From Pseudomonas aeruginosa (GTDB taxonomy: Bacteria > Pseudomonadota > Gammaproteobacteria > Pseudomonadales > Pseudomonadaceae): a DNA stretch of 32,000 bases. Location of the stretch: NCBI RefSeq assembly GCF_001457615.1, contig NZ_LN831024.1, positions 540,001 to 572,000 of the forward strand, in the 5' to 3' direction. Position numbers and translations under genes: made by a program. Below the pieces are notes generated by a model. It was given only the letters and a program-made list of their open reading frames with translations. It did no database searches and was not told the origin of the DNA. Position 1 is the first letter of the stretch. Each line of letters begins with the position of its first letter. Shown here in pieces: positions 8,626-18,505 of the stretch.

Positions 8626-8857
8626 ATTCCTGAATGTGCCCGAATGAAACCCGTATCGTGTTTTGGAAAGTGGTTGGTCGGAAGGGTCGAATATATTTTT
8701 CGTTATACTTCCGCTGCGCTTTGAATGGCTATATTTAGGGTGGTTGGTTGCGTTCATGGTTCAAGTCTGGATAACTTGTTTTCGTTGCGCACCGCTAGGG
8801 TGGCAAGAGATTCAATGTTTCTCCATGTTAGAAACCTGCTAGGGAATATATAAATAA

Positions 8858-8886
8858 GATATTTCCTATTTCTTGTAGGAAATATC
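8858..8886. repeat. perfect 11-bp inverted repeat in AT-rich intergenic DNA
   Basis: GATATTTCCTA-TTTCTTG-TAGGAAATATC. The right arm also starts a nested dyad TAGGA-AATA-TCCTA (8876-8889). Confidence 0.8.
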
Positions 8887-8992
8887 CTAAGCATTACTTG
8901 TAGTTTTCCGAGGTAGTTGCGCCGTTTCTTCCAGGGAGCCGAATGCCACATAGAGGACGAGGCCGATTGGAGCAGTCGATGACTACTGGCTT

Positions 8993-9025
8993 CTACATGA
9001 GTGATCAAATATTGATCAGATGTAG
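8993..9025. promoter_or_regulatory. 33-bp composite dyad upstream of bioB, candidate operator
   Basis: CTACAT-gag-TGATCAA-ATA-TTGATCA-g-ATGTAG: 13 paired positions, arms 7+6. Confidence 0.5.
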
Positions 9026-9044
9026 TCCTGTGTCCTGGGTTGGG

Positions 9045-9072
9045 TTGACAGCGTCATACAGCCACTTATGAT
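9045..9072 (+). promoter_or_regulatory. putative sigma70 promoter of bioB
   Basis: TTGACA (9045-9050), 16 nt, TATGAT (9067-9072), 77 nt before the bioB ATG. Confidence 0.5.
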
Positions 9073-9148
9073 GCCCTTGAGCCTGACCCCCGGCGTGCCG
9101 GGGCTCCCCGACAAAAGGCGCCATACAAGCGTCGAAGGAATCTTCCCC

Positions 9149-10207
9149 ATGAGTGCAACCGCTTCCGTCGCCACCCGTCACGACTGGTCCCTCGCCGAAG
9201 TCCGTGCCCTGTTCGAGCAACCGTTCAACGACCTGCTGTTCCAGGCGCAGACGGTGCATCGCGCGCACTTCGACCCGAACCGCGTGCAGGTCTCGACGCT
9301 GCTGTCGATCAAGACCGGCGCCTGCCCCGAGGACTGCAAGTACTGCCCGCAGTCCGGCCACTACAACACCGGCCTGGACAAGGAGAAGCTGTTGGAGGTG
9401 CAGAAGGTCCTCGAGGCGGCGGCCGAGGCCAAGGCCATCGGTTCGACCCGCTTCTGCATGGGCGCTGCCTGGAAGCACCCGTCGGCCAAGGACATGCCCT
9501 ACGTCCTGGAGATGGTCAAGGGCGTGAAGAAGCTCGGCCTGGAGACCTGCATGACCCTCGGCCGCCTGACCCAGGAACAGACCCAGGCGCTGGCGGACGC
9601 CGGCCTCGACTACTACAACCACAACCTGGATACCTCGCCGGAGTTCTACGGCAACATCATCACCACCCGCACCTACAGCGAGCGCCTGCAGACCCTGGCC
9701 TACGTGCGCGAGGCGGGGATGAAGATCTGCTCCGGCGGCATCCTCGGCATGGGCGAGTCGGTGGACGACCGCGCCGGCCTGCTGATCCAACTGGCGAACC
9801 TGCCGGAGCACCCGGAGTCGGTGCCGATCAACATGCTGGTGAAGGTCAAGGGCACGCCCCTGGCGGAAGAGAGGGACGTCGATCCCTTCGACTTCATCCG
9901 CACCCTGGCGGTGGCCCGGATCATGATGCCGAAGTCCCACGTGCGCCTGTCCGCCGGCCGCGAGCAGATGAACGAGCAGATGCAGGCGCTGGCCTTCATG
10001 GCCGGGGCCAACTCGATCTTCTACGGCGAAAAGCTGCTGACCACGAAGAACCCGCAGGCCGAAAAGGACATGCAGTTGTTCGCCCGTCTCGGCATCAAGC
10101 CGGAAGAGCGCGAAGAGCACGCCGACGAAGTGCACCAGGCCGCCATCGAGCAGGCGTTGGTGGAACAACGCGAATCGAAGCTGTTCTATAACGCCGCTTC
10201 CGCCTGA
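9149..10207 (+). CDS. bioB: biotin synthase
   Basis: 352 aa from [26 protein letters not shown]. Radical SAM motif [27 protein letters not shown]. Confidence 0.98.
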   Translation: MSATASVATRHDWSLAEVRALFEQPFNDLLFQAQTVHRAHFDPNRVQVSTLLSIKTGACPEDCKYCPQSGHYNTGLDKEKLLEVQKVLEAAAEAKAIGSTRFCMGAAWKHPSAKDMPYVLEMVKGVKKLGLETCMTLGRLTQEQTQALADAGLDYYNHNLDTSPEFYGNIITTRTYSERLQTLAYVREAGMKICSGGILGMGESVDDRAGLLIQLANLPEHPESVPINMLVKVKGTPLAEERDVDPFDFIRTLAVARIMMPKSHVRLSAGREQMNEQMQALAFMAGANSIFYGEKLLTTKNPQAEKDMQLFARLGIKPEEREEHADEVHQAAIEQALVEQRESKLFYNAASA

Positions 10208-10312
10208 CCATACTGGAAGGGAGGGCGCCGCCGTCCCTTCGTTGCAGCCGCTGATGTCGGCCCTGCGTGGACGGGTGCGCCTGCGTCCGTCCAGCAACAC
10301 GAGCGACCTGCC

Positions 10313-11518
10313 ATGTCCTTCGATCTCGCTTCCCGCCTCGCCAGCCGGCGCGCGGAAGACCTCTACCGCCAGCGGCCGCTGCTGGAGTCGGCCCAGGGCC
10401 CGGACGTCGTGGTCGACGGCCAGCCGCTGCTGGCCTTCTGTTCCAACGACTACCTCGGCCTGGCCAACCATCCCGAGGTGATCGCCGCGCTGCGCGCCGG
10501 CGCCGAGCGCTGGGGCGTGGGCGGTGGCGCCTCGCACCTGGTGGTCGGCCACAGCGGCCCGCACCACGAACTGGAGCTGGCCCTCGCCGAATTCACCGGG
10601 CGGCCCCGTGCGCTGCTGTTCTCCACCGGCTACATGGCCAATCTCGGCGCGGTGACCGCGCTGGTCGGCAAGGGCGACACGGTGCTGGAGGACCGCCTCA
10701 ACCACGCTTCGCTGCTGGATGCCGGATTGCTCTCCGGCGCGCGTTTCTCGCGCTACCTGCACAACGACCCGGCAAGCCTCGCCGCGCGCCTGGACAAGGC
10801 CGAGGGCAATACCCTGGTGGTCACCGACGGGGTCTTCAGCATGGACGGCAATCTCGCCGACCTGCCGGCCCTGGCCGCCGTCGCGCAGGCCCGCGGCGCC
10901 TGGCTGATGGTCGACGACGCGCATGGCTTCGGCCCGCTGGGCGCCAGCGGCGGCGGGATCGTCGAACATTTCGGCCTCGGCCAGGAGCAGGTGCCGGTGC
11001 TGATCGGCACCCTCGGCAAGGGTTTCGGTACCGCCGGCGCCTTCGTAGCGGGCAGCGAGGAACTGATCGAGACCCTGATTCAGTACGCCCGGCCCTACAT
11101 CTACACCACCAGCCAGCCGCCAGCGGTGGCCTGCGCCACCCTGAAGAGCCTGGAGCTGCTGCGCCGCGAAAGCTGGCGGCGGCAACACCTGGCGGCGCTG
11201 ATCGCCCGTTTCCGCCATGGCGCCGAGGCGCTTGGCCTGACCCTGATGGACAGCTTCACGCCGATCCAGCCGATCCTGGTCGGCGGCAGCCGCCAGGCCG
11301 TGGCCCTGGCCGGCATGCTTCGAGCCCGTGGCATCATGGTCGGCGCGATCCGCCCGCCAACCGTGCCGGCCAACAGCGCGCGGCTGCGCGTCACGCTGTC
11401 CGCCGCGCACAGCGAAGCGCAGGTCGACCGCTTGCTCGAAGCCCTCGGCGAAAGCTGGCGACAGCTGTCGTCTAGCCTTCTGGCAGAGATCGAAGCCGAG
11501 GAGGGAGACGATGCGTGA
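10313..11518 (+). CDS. bioF: 8-amino-7-oxononanoate synthase
   Basis: 401 aa: [39 protein letters not shown]...[10 protein letters not shown]...[13 protein letters not shown]. Confidence 0.97.
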   Translation: MSFDLASRLASRRAEDLYRQRPLLESAQGPDVVVDGQPLLAFCSNDYLGLANHPEVIAALRAGAERWGVGGGASHLVVGHSGPHHELELALAEFTGRPRALLFSTGYMANLGAVTALVGKGDTVLEDRLNHASLLDAGLLSGARFSRYLHNDPASLAARLDKAEGNTLVVTDGVFSMDGNLADLPALAAVAQARGAWLMVDDAHGFGPLGASGGGIVEHFGLGQEQVPVLIGTLGKGFGTAGAFVAGSEELIETLIQYARPYIYTTSQPPAVACATLKSLELLRRESWRRQHLAALIARFRHGAEALGLTLMDSFTPIQPILVGGSRQAVALAGMLRARGIMVGAIRPPTVPANSARLRVTLSAAHSEAQVDRLLEALGESWRQLSSSLLAEIEAEEGDDA

Positions 11519-12233
11519 CCACCTGATCCTGTTGCCGGGCTGGGGCCTGGGCAGCGCACCGCTGGAACCGCTGCGCGACGCGCTGCACGAGCGCGAGCCG
11601 CACCTGAACGTGTTGATCGAGCCGCTGCCGTCGCTGGACGACGCCGCCGACTGGCTCGACGAACTCGACGATAACCTGCCGCGCGATAGCTGGCTGGCCG
11701 GCTGGTCGCTGGGAGGCATGCTCGCCGGCGAACTGGCGGCGCGCCGCGGCGACGATTGCCGGGGACTGCTGACCCTGGCCAGCAATCCGTGCTTCCGCGT
11801 GCGCGAGGACTGGCCGAACGCGATGCCGGCGGAAACCTTCGAGGACTTCTTCGAGGCTTTCCTGCTCGAACCGCACCTGACCCGCAAGCGTTTCACCCTG
11901 CTGGTCAGCCAGGGTGCGCGCGACCCTCGGACCCTGGCGCGGCAACTGCAGGTGGCGCTGCCGCAGCTGGAGCGCGAGGCGCTGGTCGCCGGCCTGCAGT
12001 TGCTCGGCCAACTGGATACCCGGGCCGCCCTGGAAAACTTCCGCGGGCCGCAATTGCACCTGTTCGCCGAAGCCGATGCGCTGGTGCCGCTGGCCGCCGC
12101 CGAGACCCTGCTCGAGTGGCTGCCGGACGTCGAGGTCTCGACCCTGGCGGCCAGTCACGGCCTGCCGCTGGAATGCCCGGACGAGGTGGCCGGCGCAATC
12201 CTGAGATTCCTTCGCGAGGGTGACGATGCCTGA
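11511..12233 (+). CDS. bioH: pimeloyl-ACP methyl ester carboxylesterase, alpha/beta hydrolase
   Basis: 240 aa: [21 protein letters not shown]...[19 protein letters not shown] (GxSxG). Located within the bio operon, overlapping the bioF end by 8 nt. Confidence 0.93.
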   Translation: MRDHLILLPGWGLGSAPLEPLRDALHEREPHLNVLIEPLPSLDDAADWLDELDDNLPRDSWLAGWSLGGMLAGELAARRGDDCRGLLTLASNPCFRVREDWPNAMPAETFEDFFEAFLLEPHLTRKRFTLLVSQGARDPRTLARQLQVALPQLEREALVAGLQLLGQLDTRAALENFRGPQLHLFAEADALVPLAAAETLLEWLPDVEVSTLAASHGLPLECPDEVAGAILRFLREGDDA

Positions 12234-13050
12234 CGATTCCTCGCCGCTGCTGGCGCCCCATGGCGTTGCCGCGCTGCCCGACAAGCGCCAGGTCGCCGCG
12301 TCGTTTTCCCGCGCGGCGGCCAGCTACGACGCGGTGGCCGAACTCCAGCGCGGCGTCGGCGAGAGCCTGCTGTCGGCATTGCCGGAAGGCTTCTCGCCGC
12401 GCCGCTGGGTCGATCTCGGCTGCGGCACCGGTTATTTCAGCCGGGCCCTGGAACGACGCTTCGGTGCGGCCGAGGGCCTGGCCGTGGATATCGCCGAAGG
12501 CATGCTGCGGCATGCCCGCGCGCGCGGCGGCGCCAGCCATTTCATCGGCGGCGACGCCGAGAGGCTGCCGTTGCGCGACGGCAGTTGCGACCTGCTGTTC
12601 TCCAGCCTGGCGATCCAGTGGTGCGCCGACCTCCCGGCGGTCCTGGCCGAGGCGCGGCGGGTCCTGCGGCCGGGCGGCGTGCTGGCGTTCAGCAGCCTGT
12701 GCGTCGGTACCCTGGGCGAGTTGCGCGACAGTTGGCGGGTGGTGGACGGCTTCGTCCACGTCAATCGCTTCCGCGCCTTCGCCGACTACCTGCAACACGC
12801 GGCCGGCAGCGGCCTGCTGCCGCTGACCCTGCGCCACGAGGACCGGCTCCTGCATTTCCCCGACCTGCGCAGCCTGACCCACGAACTCAAGGCGCTGGGC
12901 GCGCACAACCTCAACCCCGGGCGGCCCGACGGCCTGACCGGGCGCCAGCGCATCCGCGCGCTGGTCGCCGCCTACGAGCGTTTCCGCCAGCCCGAGGGGC
13001 TGCCCGCTACCTACCGCGTCGTCTTCGGCGTGCTGCGCAAGGATTCCTGA
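12226..13050 (+). CDS. bioC: malonyl-ACP O-methyltransferase
   Basis: [49 protein letters not shown]...[21 protein letters not shown]-binding motif. ATG at 12226 preceded by GAGGG. A GTG at 12220 is an alternative start. Confidence 0.95.
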   Translation: MPDDSSPLLAPHGVAALPDKRQVAASFSRAAASYDAVAELQRGVGESLLSALPEGFSPRRWVDLGCGTGYFSRALERRFGAAEGLAVDIAEGMLRHARARGGASHFIGGDAERLPLRDGSCDLLFSSLAIQWCADLPAVLAEARRVLRPGGVLAFSSLCVGTLGELRDSWRVVDGFVHVNRFRAFADYLQHAAGSGLLPLTLRHEDRLLHFPDLRSLTHELKALGAHNLNPGRPDGLTGRQRIRALVAAYERFRQPEGLPATYRVVFGVLRKDS

Positions 13051-13053
13051 ACC

Positions 13054-13740
13054 ATGCCGGCGTTCTTCGTCACCGGTACCGACACCGAGATCGGCAAGAC
13101 CACCATCGCCGCCGGCCTGCTCCACGCGGCCCGGAGTGCCGGCCTGAGCACCGCCGCGGCGAAGCCGGTGGCCTCCGGCTGCGAGCCCACGGCGCAAGGC
13201 CTGCGCAATGGCGACGCGTTGGTGTTGCTCGGCCAGTGCTCGCTGGCGCTGGCCTACGAGCAGGTCAACCCGCTGGCCTTCGCACCGGCCATCGCCCCGC
13301 ACCTGGCGGCGCGCGAGGCTGGCGTCGAACTGAGCGCCGCACGCTTGCACGAGGCGGTGCGCGAGGTGCTGGCGCTACAGGCCGACTTCACCCTGGTGGA
13401 GGGCGCCGGCGGATGGCGCGTGCCGTTGCTGGGCCGCGAGAACCTGTCCGACCTGGCGCGCCTGCTGGCGCTGCCGGTGGTGCTGGTGGTCGGCGTGCGC
13501 CTGGGCTGTATCAACCATGCGCTGCTCAGCGCCGAGGCGATCCTGGGCGACGGCCTGGCGCTGGCCGGCTGGGTGGCCAACGTCGTCGACCCGGCTACCT
13601 CGCGCCTGGAAGAGAACCTAGCGACCCTCGCCGAACGCCTGCCGGCGCCCTGCCTGGGTCGGGTACCGCGCCTGGAGGAAGCCACTCCCGCGGCCGTGGC
13701 CGCACACCTCGACCTGCGGCCCCTGGGTATCGGGCTATAA
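13054..13740 (+). CDS. bioD: dethiobiotin synthetase
   Basis: 228 aa: FFVTGTDTEIGKTTIAAGLLHAARSAGLSTAAAKPVASG...VEGAGGWRVPL. Confidence 0.97.
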   Translation: MPAFFVTGTDTEIGKTTIAAGLLHAARSAGLSTAAAKPVASGCEPTAQGLRNGDALVLLGQCSLALAYEQVNPLAFAPAIAPHLAAREAGVELSAARLHEAVREVLALQADFTLVEGAGGWRVPLLGRENLSDLARLLALPVVLVVGVRLGCINHALLSAEAILGDGLALAGWVANVVDPATSRLEENLATLAERLPAPCLGRVPRLEEATPAAVAAHLDLRPLGIGL

Positions 13741-13848
13741 ACAGCGGGCCGTCCATAACCAACGGGCGGTACCCAGCGCCGGCCAAGTCTGCTTGAATAG
13801 AAGCCACTTGCTATCGCAGTGGCGCGTGCGCGTCCCCAGGAGTAGAGG

Positions 13849-14079
13849 GTGGAAATTTCCGGCAACGCTTTCGTCAGTGGCCTCAACGCGGTGCAGTCGG
13901 GCAGCGCCCGCGTCGCCCAGGCCGGCAGCGAGATCGCCCGCAATACCGTGGAGGCCCGTTCGGCCCAGGCCGAGCAGATGGTCGAACTGACCCGCGGCAA
14001 GCTCGAGGCGCAGAGCGGCGCCCGGGTCATCGAGGTAGCCGACGAGACCCTCGGTACCCTGATCGATACCCACGCCTGA
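13849..14079 (+). CDS. small hypothetical protein with flagellar-rod-like sequence pattern
   Basis: 76 aa, GTG start preceded by AGGAG: MEISGNAFVSGLNAVQSGSARVAQAGSEIARNTVEARSAQAEQMVELTRGKLEAQSGARVIEVADETLGTLIDTHA. Confidence 0.7.
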   Translation: MEISGNAFVSGLNAVQSGSARVAQAGSEIARNTVEARSAQAEQMVELTRGKLEAQSGARVIEVADETLGTLIDTHA

Positions 14080-14085
14080 CTTCCT

Positions 14086-14105
14086 GGCGGCCGGCAGCGG
14101 CCGCC
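14086..14105 (+). terminator. putative terminator hairpin after the small ORF
   Basis: GGCGGCCG-GCAG-CGGCCGCC perfect 8-bp stem, followed at short distance by CCTTCCTTTTCC. Confidence 0.5.
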
Positions 14106-14252
14106 CCGATCCTTCCTTTTCCGACTGTCACCCGGCGGCCCCTGAAGCCTGCCGGGCGCTTCGCCATGGGCTTTACTGAGAGAGACGAAAGTGCTTTGGA
14201 AGGACGTGGCTGCCAGTGATTTCGGGCATGACCGAGCGGTCGGTTCGGATGC

Positions 14253-14297
14253 TTGACAAGGGATTGGCGTAAACGTATGTTTCAAACGCCTGTTTGA
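14253..14297 (+). promoter_or_regulatory. sigma70-like promoter abutting a PsrA-type operator
   Basis: TTGACA (14253-14258), 17 nt, TATGTT (14276-14281), followed by TCAAAC-GCCT-GTTTGA (14282-14297), a perfect palindrome matching the G/CAAAC-N2-4-GTTTG/C PsrA motif. Confidence 0.75.
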
Positions 14298-14418
14298 GAG
14301 TCGGGACGCATGAGTGCGTCCGGCAAGGCGACCGGGAGCGATCCCGCACTGCGACCGCAGACTCTGGACATCCGTCCGGTCGCCGATTAACCAGAACCCT
14401 TCGTAGAGGTTGACTGCT

Positions 14419-16224
14419 ATGCCTGATTACAAGGCCCCCTTGCGTGATATCCGTTTCGTTCGCGACGAGCTGCTGGGCTACGAAGCGCACTACCAGAGCC
14501 TGCCGGGCGCCGAAGACGCGACTCCCGACATGGTCAACGCCATCCTCGAGGAAGGTGCGAAGTTCTGCGAACAGGTGATCGCTCCGCTGAACCGCGTCGG
14601 CGACCTGGAAGGCTGCACCTGGAGCGCCGACGGCGTGAAGACCCCGACCGGCTTCAAGGAGGCCTACCAGCAGTTCGTCGAAGGCGGCTGGCCGAGCCTG
14701 GCCCATGACGTCGAGCACGGCGGCCAGGGTCTGCCGGAATCCCTCGGCCTGGCCATCAGCGAGATGGTCGGCCAGGCCAACTGGTCCTGGGGCATGTACC
14801 CGGGCCTGTCCCACGGCGCCATGAACACCCTGCATGCCCACGGCACCGCCGAGCAGCAGGCAACCTACCTGACCAAGCTGGTCTCCGGCGAGTGGACCGG
14901 CACCATGTGCCTGACCGAGCCGCACTGCGGCACCGACCTGGGCATGCTGCGCACCAAGGCCGAGCCGCAGGCCGACGGTAGCTACAAGGTCACCGGCACC
15001 AAGATCTTCATCTCCGCCGGCGAGCACGACATGGCCGACAACATCGTCCATATCGTCCTGGCCCGCCTGCCCGACGCCCCGCAGGGCACCAAGGGCATCT
15101 CGCTGTTCATCGTGCCGAAGTTCCTGCCCAACGCCGAAGGCAACGCCGGCGAGCGCAACGCGGTTTCCTGCGGTTCCATCGAGCACAAGATGGGCATCCA
15201 CGGCAACGCCACCTGCGTGATGAACTTCGACGCCGCCACCGGCTTCCTGATCGGCCCGCCGAACAAGGGCCTGAACTGCATGTTCACCTTCATGAACACC
15301 GCTCGCCTGGGTACCGCGCTGCAAGGCCTGGCCCATGCCGAAGTCGGTTTCCAGGGCGGCATCGCCTATGCTCGCGAGCGTCTGCAGATGCGCTCGCTGA
15401 CCGGTCCGAAGGCGCCCGAGAAGCCCGCCGACCCGATCATCGTGCATCCTGACGTGCGCCGCATGCTGCTGACCATGAAGGCCTTCGCCGAAGGCAACCG
15501 CGCGATGCTGTACTTCGCCGCCAAGCAGGTCGACATCGTCCAGCGCAGCCAGGACGAAGAGCAGAAGAAAGCCGCCGACTCGATGCTGGCCTTCCTCACG
15601 CCGATCGCCAAGGCGTTCATGACCGAAGTCGGCTTCGAGTCCGCCAACCACGGCGTGCAGATCTTCGGCGGCCACGGTTTCATCGCCGAGCACGGCATGG
15701 AGCAGAACGTCCGCGACAGCCGCATCTCGATGCTGTACGAAGGCACTACCGGCGTTCAGGCCCTCGACCTGCTGGGTCGCAAGGTGCTGATGACCCAGGG
15801 CGAGGCGCTGAAGGGCTTCACCAAGATCGTGCACAAGTTCTGCCAGGCCAACGAAGCCAACGAAGCCGTCAAGGAATTCGTCGCTCCGCTGGCACAGCTG
15901 AACAAGGAGTGGGGCGACCTGACCATGAAGGTCGGCATGGCCGCCATGAAGGATCGCGAGGAAGTCGGCGCCGCTTCGGTGGACTACCTGATGTACTCCG
16001 GCTACGCCTGCCTGGCCTACTTCTGGGCCGACATGGCGCGCCTGGCCGCCGAGAAGCTGGCCGCCGGCACCGGCGAGGAAGCCTTCTACAAGGCCAAGCT
16101 GCAGACCGCGCGCTTCTACTTCCAGCGCATCCTGCCGCGTACCCGCGCCCACGTCGCCGCCATGCTGTCCGGCGCCAACAACCTGATGGAGATGGCCGAG
16201 GAAGATTTCGCCCTCGGTTACTGA
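14419..16224 (+). CDS. acyl-CoA dehydrogenase (FadE1-like)
   Basis: 601 aa from [26 protein letters not shown]: [84 protein letters not shown]. Confidence 0.95.
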   Translation: MPDYKAPLRDIRFVRDELLGYEAHYQSLPGAEDATPDMVNAILEEGAKFCEQVIAPLNRVGDLEGCTWSADGVKTPTGFKEAYQQFVEGGWPSLAHDVEHGGQGLPESLGLAISEMVGQANWSWGMYPGLSHGAMNTLHAHGTAEQQATYLTKLVSGEWTGTMCLTEPHCGTDLGMLRTKAEPQADGSYKVTGTKIFISAGEHDMADNIVHIVLARLPDAPQGTKGISLFIVPKFLPNAEGNAGERNAVSCGSIEHKMGIHGNATCVMNFDAATGFLIGPPNKGLNCMFTFMNTARLGTALQGLAHAEVGFQGGIAYARERLQMRSLTGPKAPEKPADPIIVHPDVRRMLLTMKAFAEGNRAMLYFAAKQVDIVQRSQDEEQKKAADSMLAFLTPIAKAFMTEVGFESANHGVQIFGGHGFIAEHGMEQNVRDSRISMLYEGTTGVQALDLLGRKVLMTQGEALKGFTKIVHKFCQANEANEAVKEFVAPLAQLNKEWGDLTMKVGMAAMKDREEVGAASVDYLMYSGYACLAYFWADMARLAAEKLAAGTGEEAFYKAKLQTARFYFQRILPRTRAHVAAMLSGANNLMEMAEEDFALGY

Positions 16225-16264
16225 TGGCACGGGCCGCTGGCGGCCCGTTCCCCAGGTGAGAAAG

Positions 16265-16289
16265 AGCCCGCCCTTCGGCGGGCTTTTTC
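16265..16289 (+). terminator. rho-independent terminator
   Basis: AGCCCGCC-CTTC-GGCGGGCT followed by TTTT. Confidence 0.85.
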
Positions 16290-16436
16290 ATGCCTGCGAT
16301 CCGCTGCATCCTGGCCTTCCGACCTCGGGGTTATGGCGTTGCATTCAGCGTCCGCAGCGTGATTGTAGGCGCCCGCCCGGCGCAGTAGCTTCGAGGGATT
16401 CGCGCCTGTGGGGCGCCCCTGCCGAGGAGAACAGAG

Positions 16437-18233
<1,797 letters not shown>

Positions 18234-18319
18234 CGGCTGCCGGGGCAGGGGCGCGGCGCTTCTTCCCCCGGTTTCTCCCGCACCCGCCGGGCCCGTCGGA
18301 CTCCCGGCGAACTCGCTCC

Positions 18320-18340
18320 AGCCCGCGAAAAGCGGGCTTT
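18320..18340 (+). terminator. terminator-like hairpin after acyl-CoA dehydrogenase paralog 2
   Basis: AGCCCGC-GAAAA-GCGGGCT followed by TTCTC. Confidence 0.65.
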
Positions 18341-18379
18341 CTCATGCCTGTCGCATAGAAGACCGATATAGACTTTACG

Positions 18380-18392
18380 GTCACGACGTGAC
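18380..18392. promoter_or_regulatory. palindrome upstream of acyl-CoA dehydrogenase paralog 3, candidate operator
   Basis: GTCACG-A-CGTGAC, perfect 6-1-6 dyad, flanked by GACTT (18371-18375) and AAGTC (18398-18402). Confidence 0.45.
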
Positions 18393-18505
18393 GCTACAAG
18401 TCCGAAATGTTGGTGGTGTAGACTCGGCCGCGGCACGCCTTTCGTGCCTCCATTTTGTTGCCGCTGGCCCCCGGCCGGCGATCGGTACGATCGAGGATTC
18501 CCCAC

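Noticed and set aside
8754-9008. 84-aa minus-strand ORF in the AT-rich intergenic region
   Set aside because: No RBS-supported start, no family features, and it spans the dyad repeats. More likely regulatory or noncoding DNA.
9005-11896. 963-aa minus-strand ORF opposite bioB/bioF/bioH
   Set aside because: Antisense shadow ORF in high-GC coding DNA, low complexity, rich in Arg/Gly/Ala/Gln. The opposite strand carries well-conserved biotin genes in the expected frames.
9149-13740. bioH embedded in the bio operon as unusual
   Set aside because: The bioBFHCD arrangement is typical of pseudomonads.
14173-16230. 685-aa minus-strand ORF over the first acyl-CoA dehydrogenase, with similar long ORFs at 17139-18167 and 18230-20218
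   Set aside because: They recur antisense to each paralog with similar repetitive sequence because the sense genes are homologous. No RBS or domain signal.
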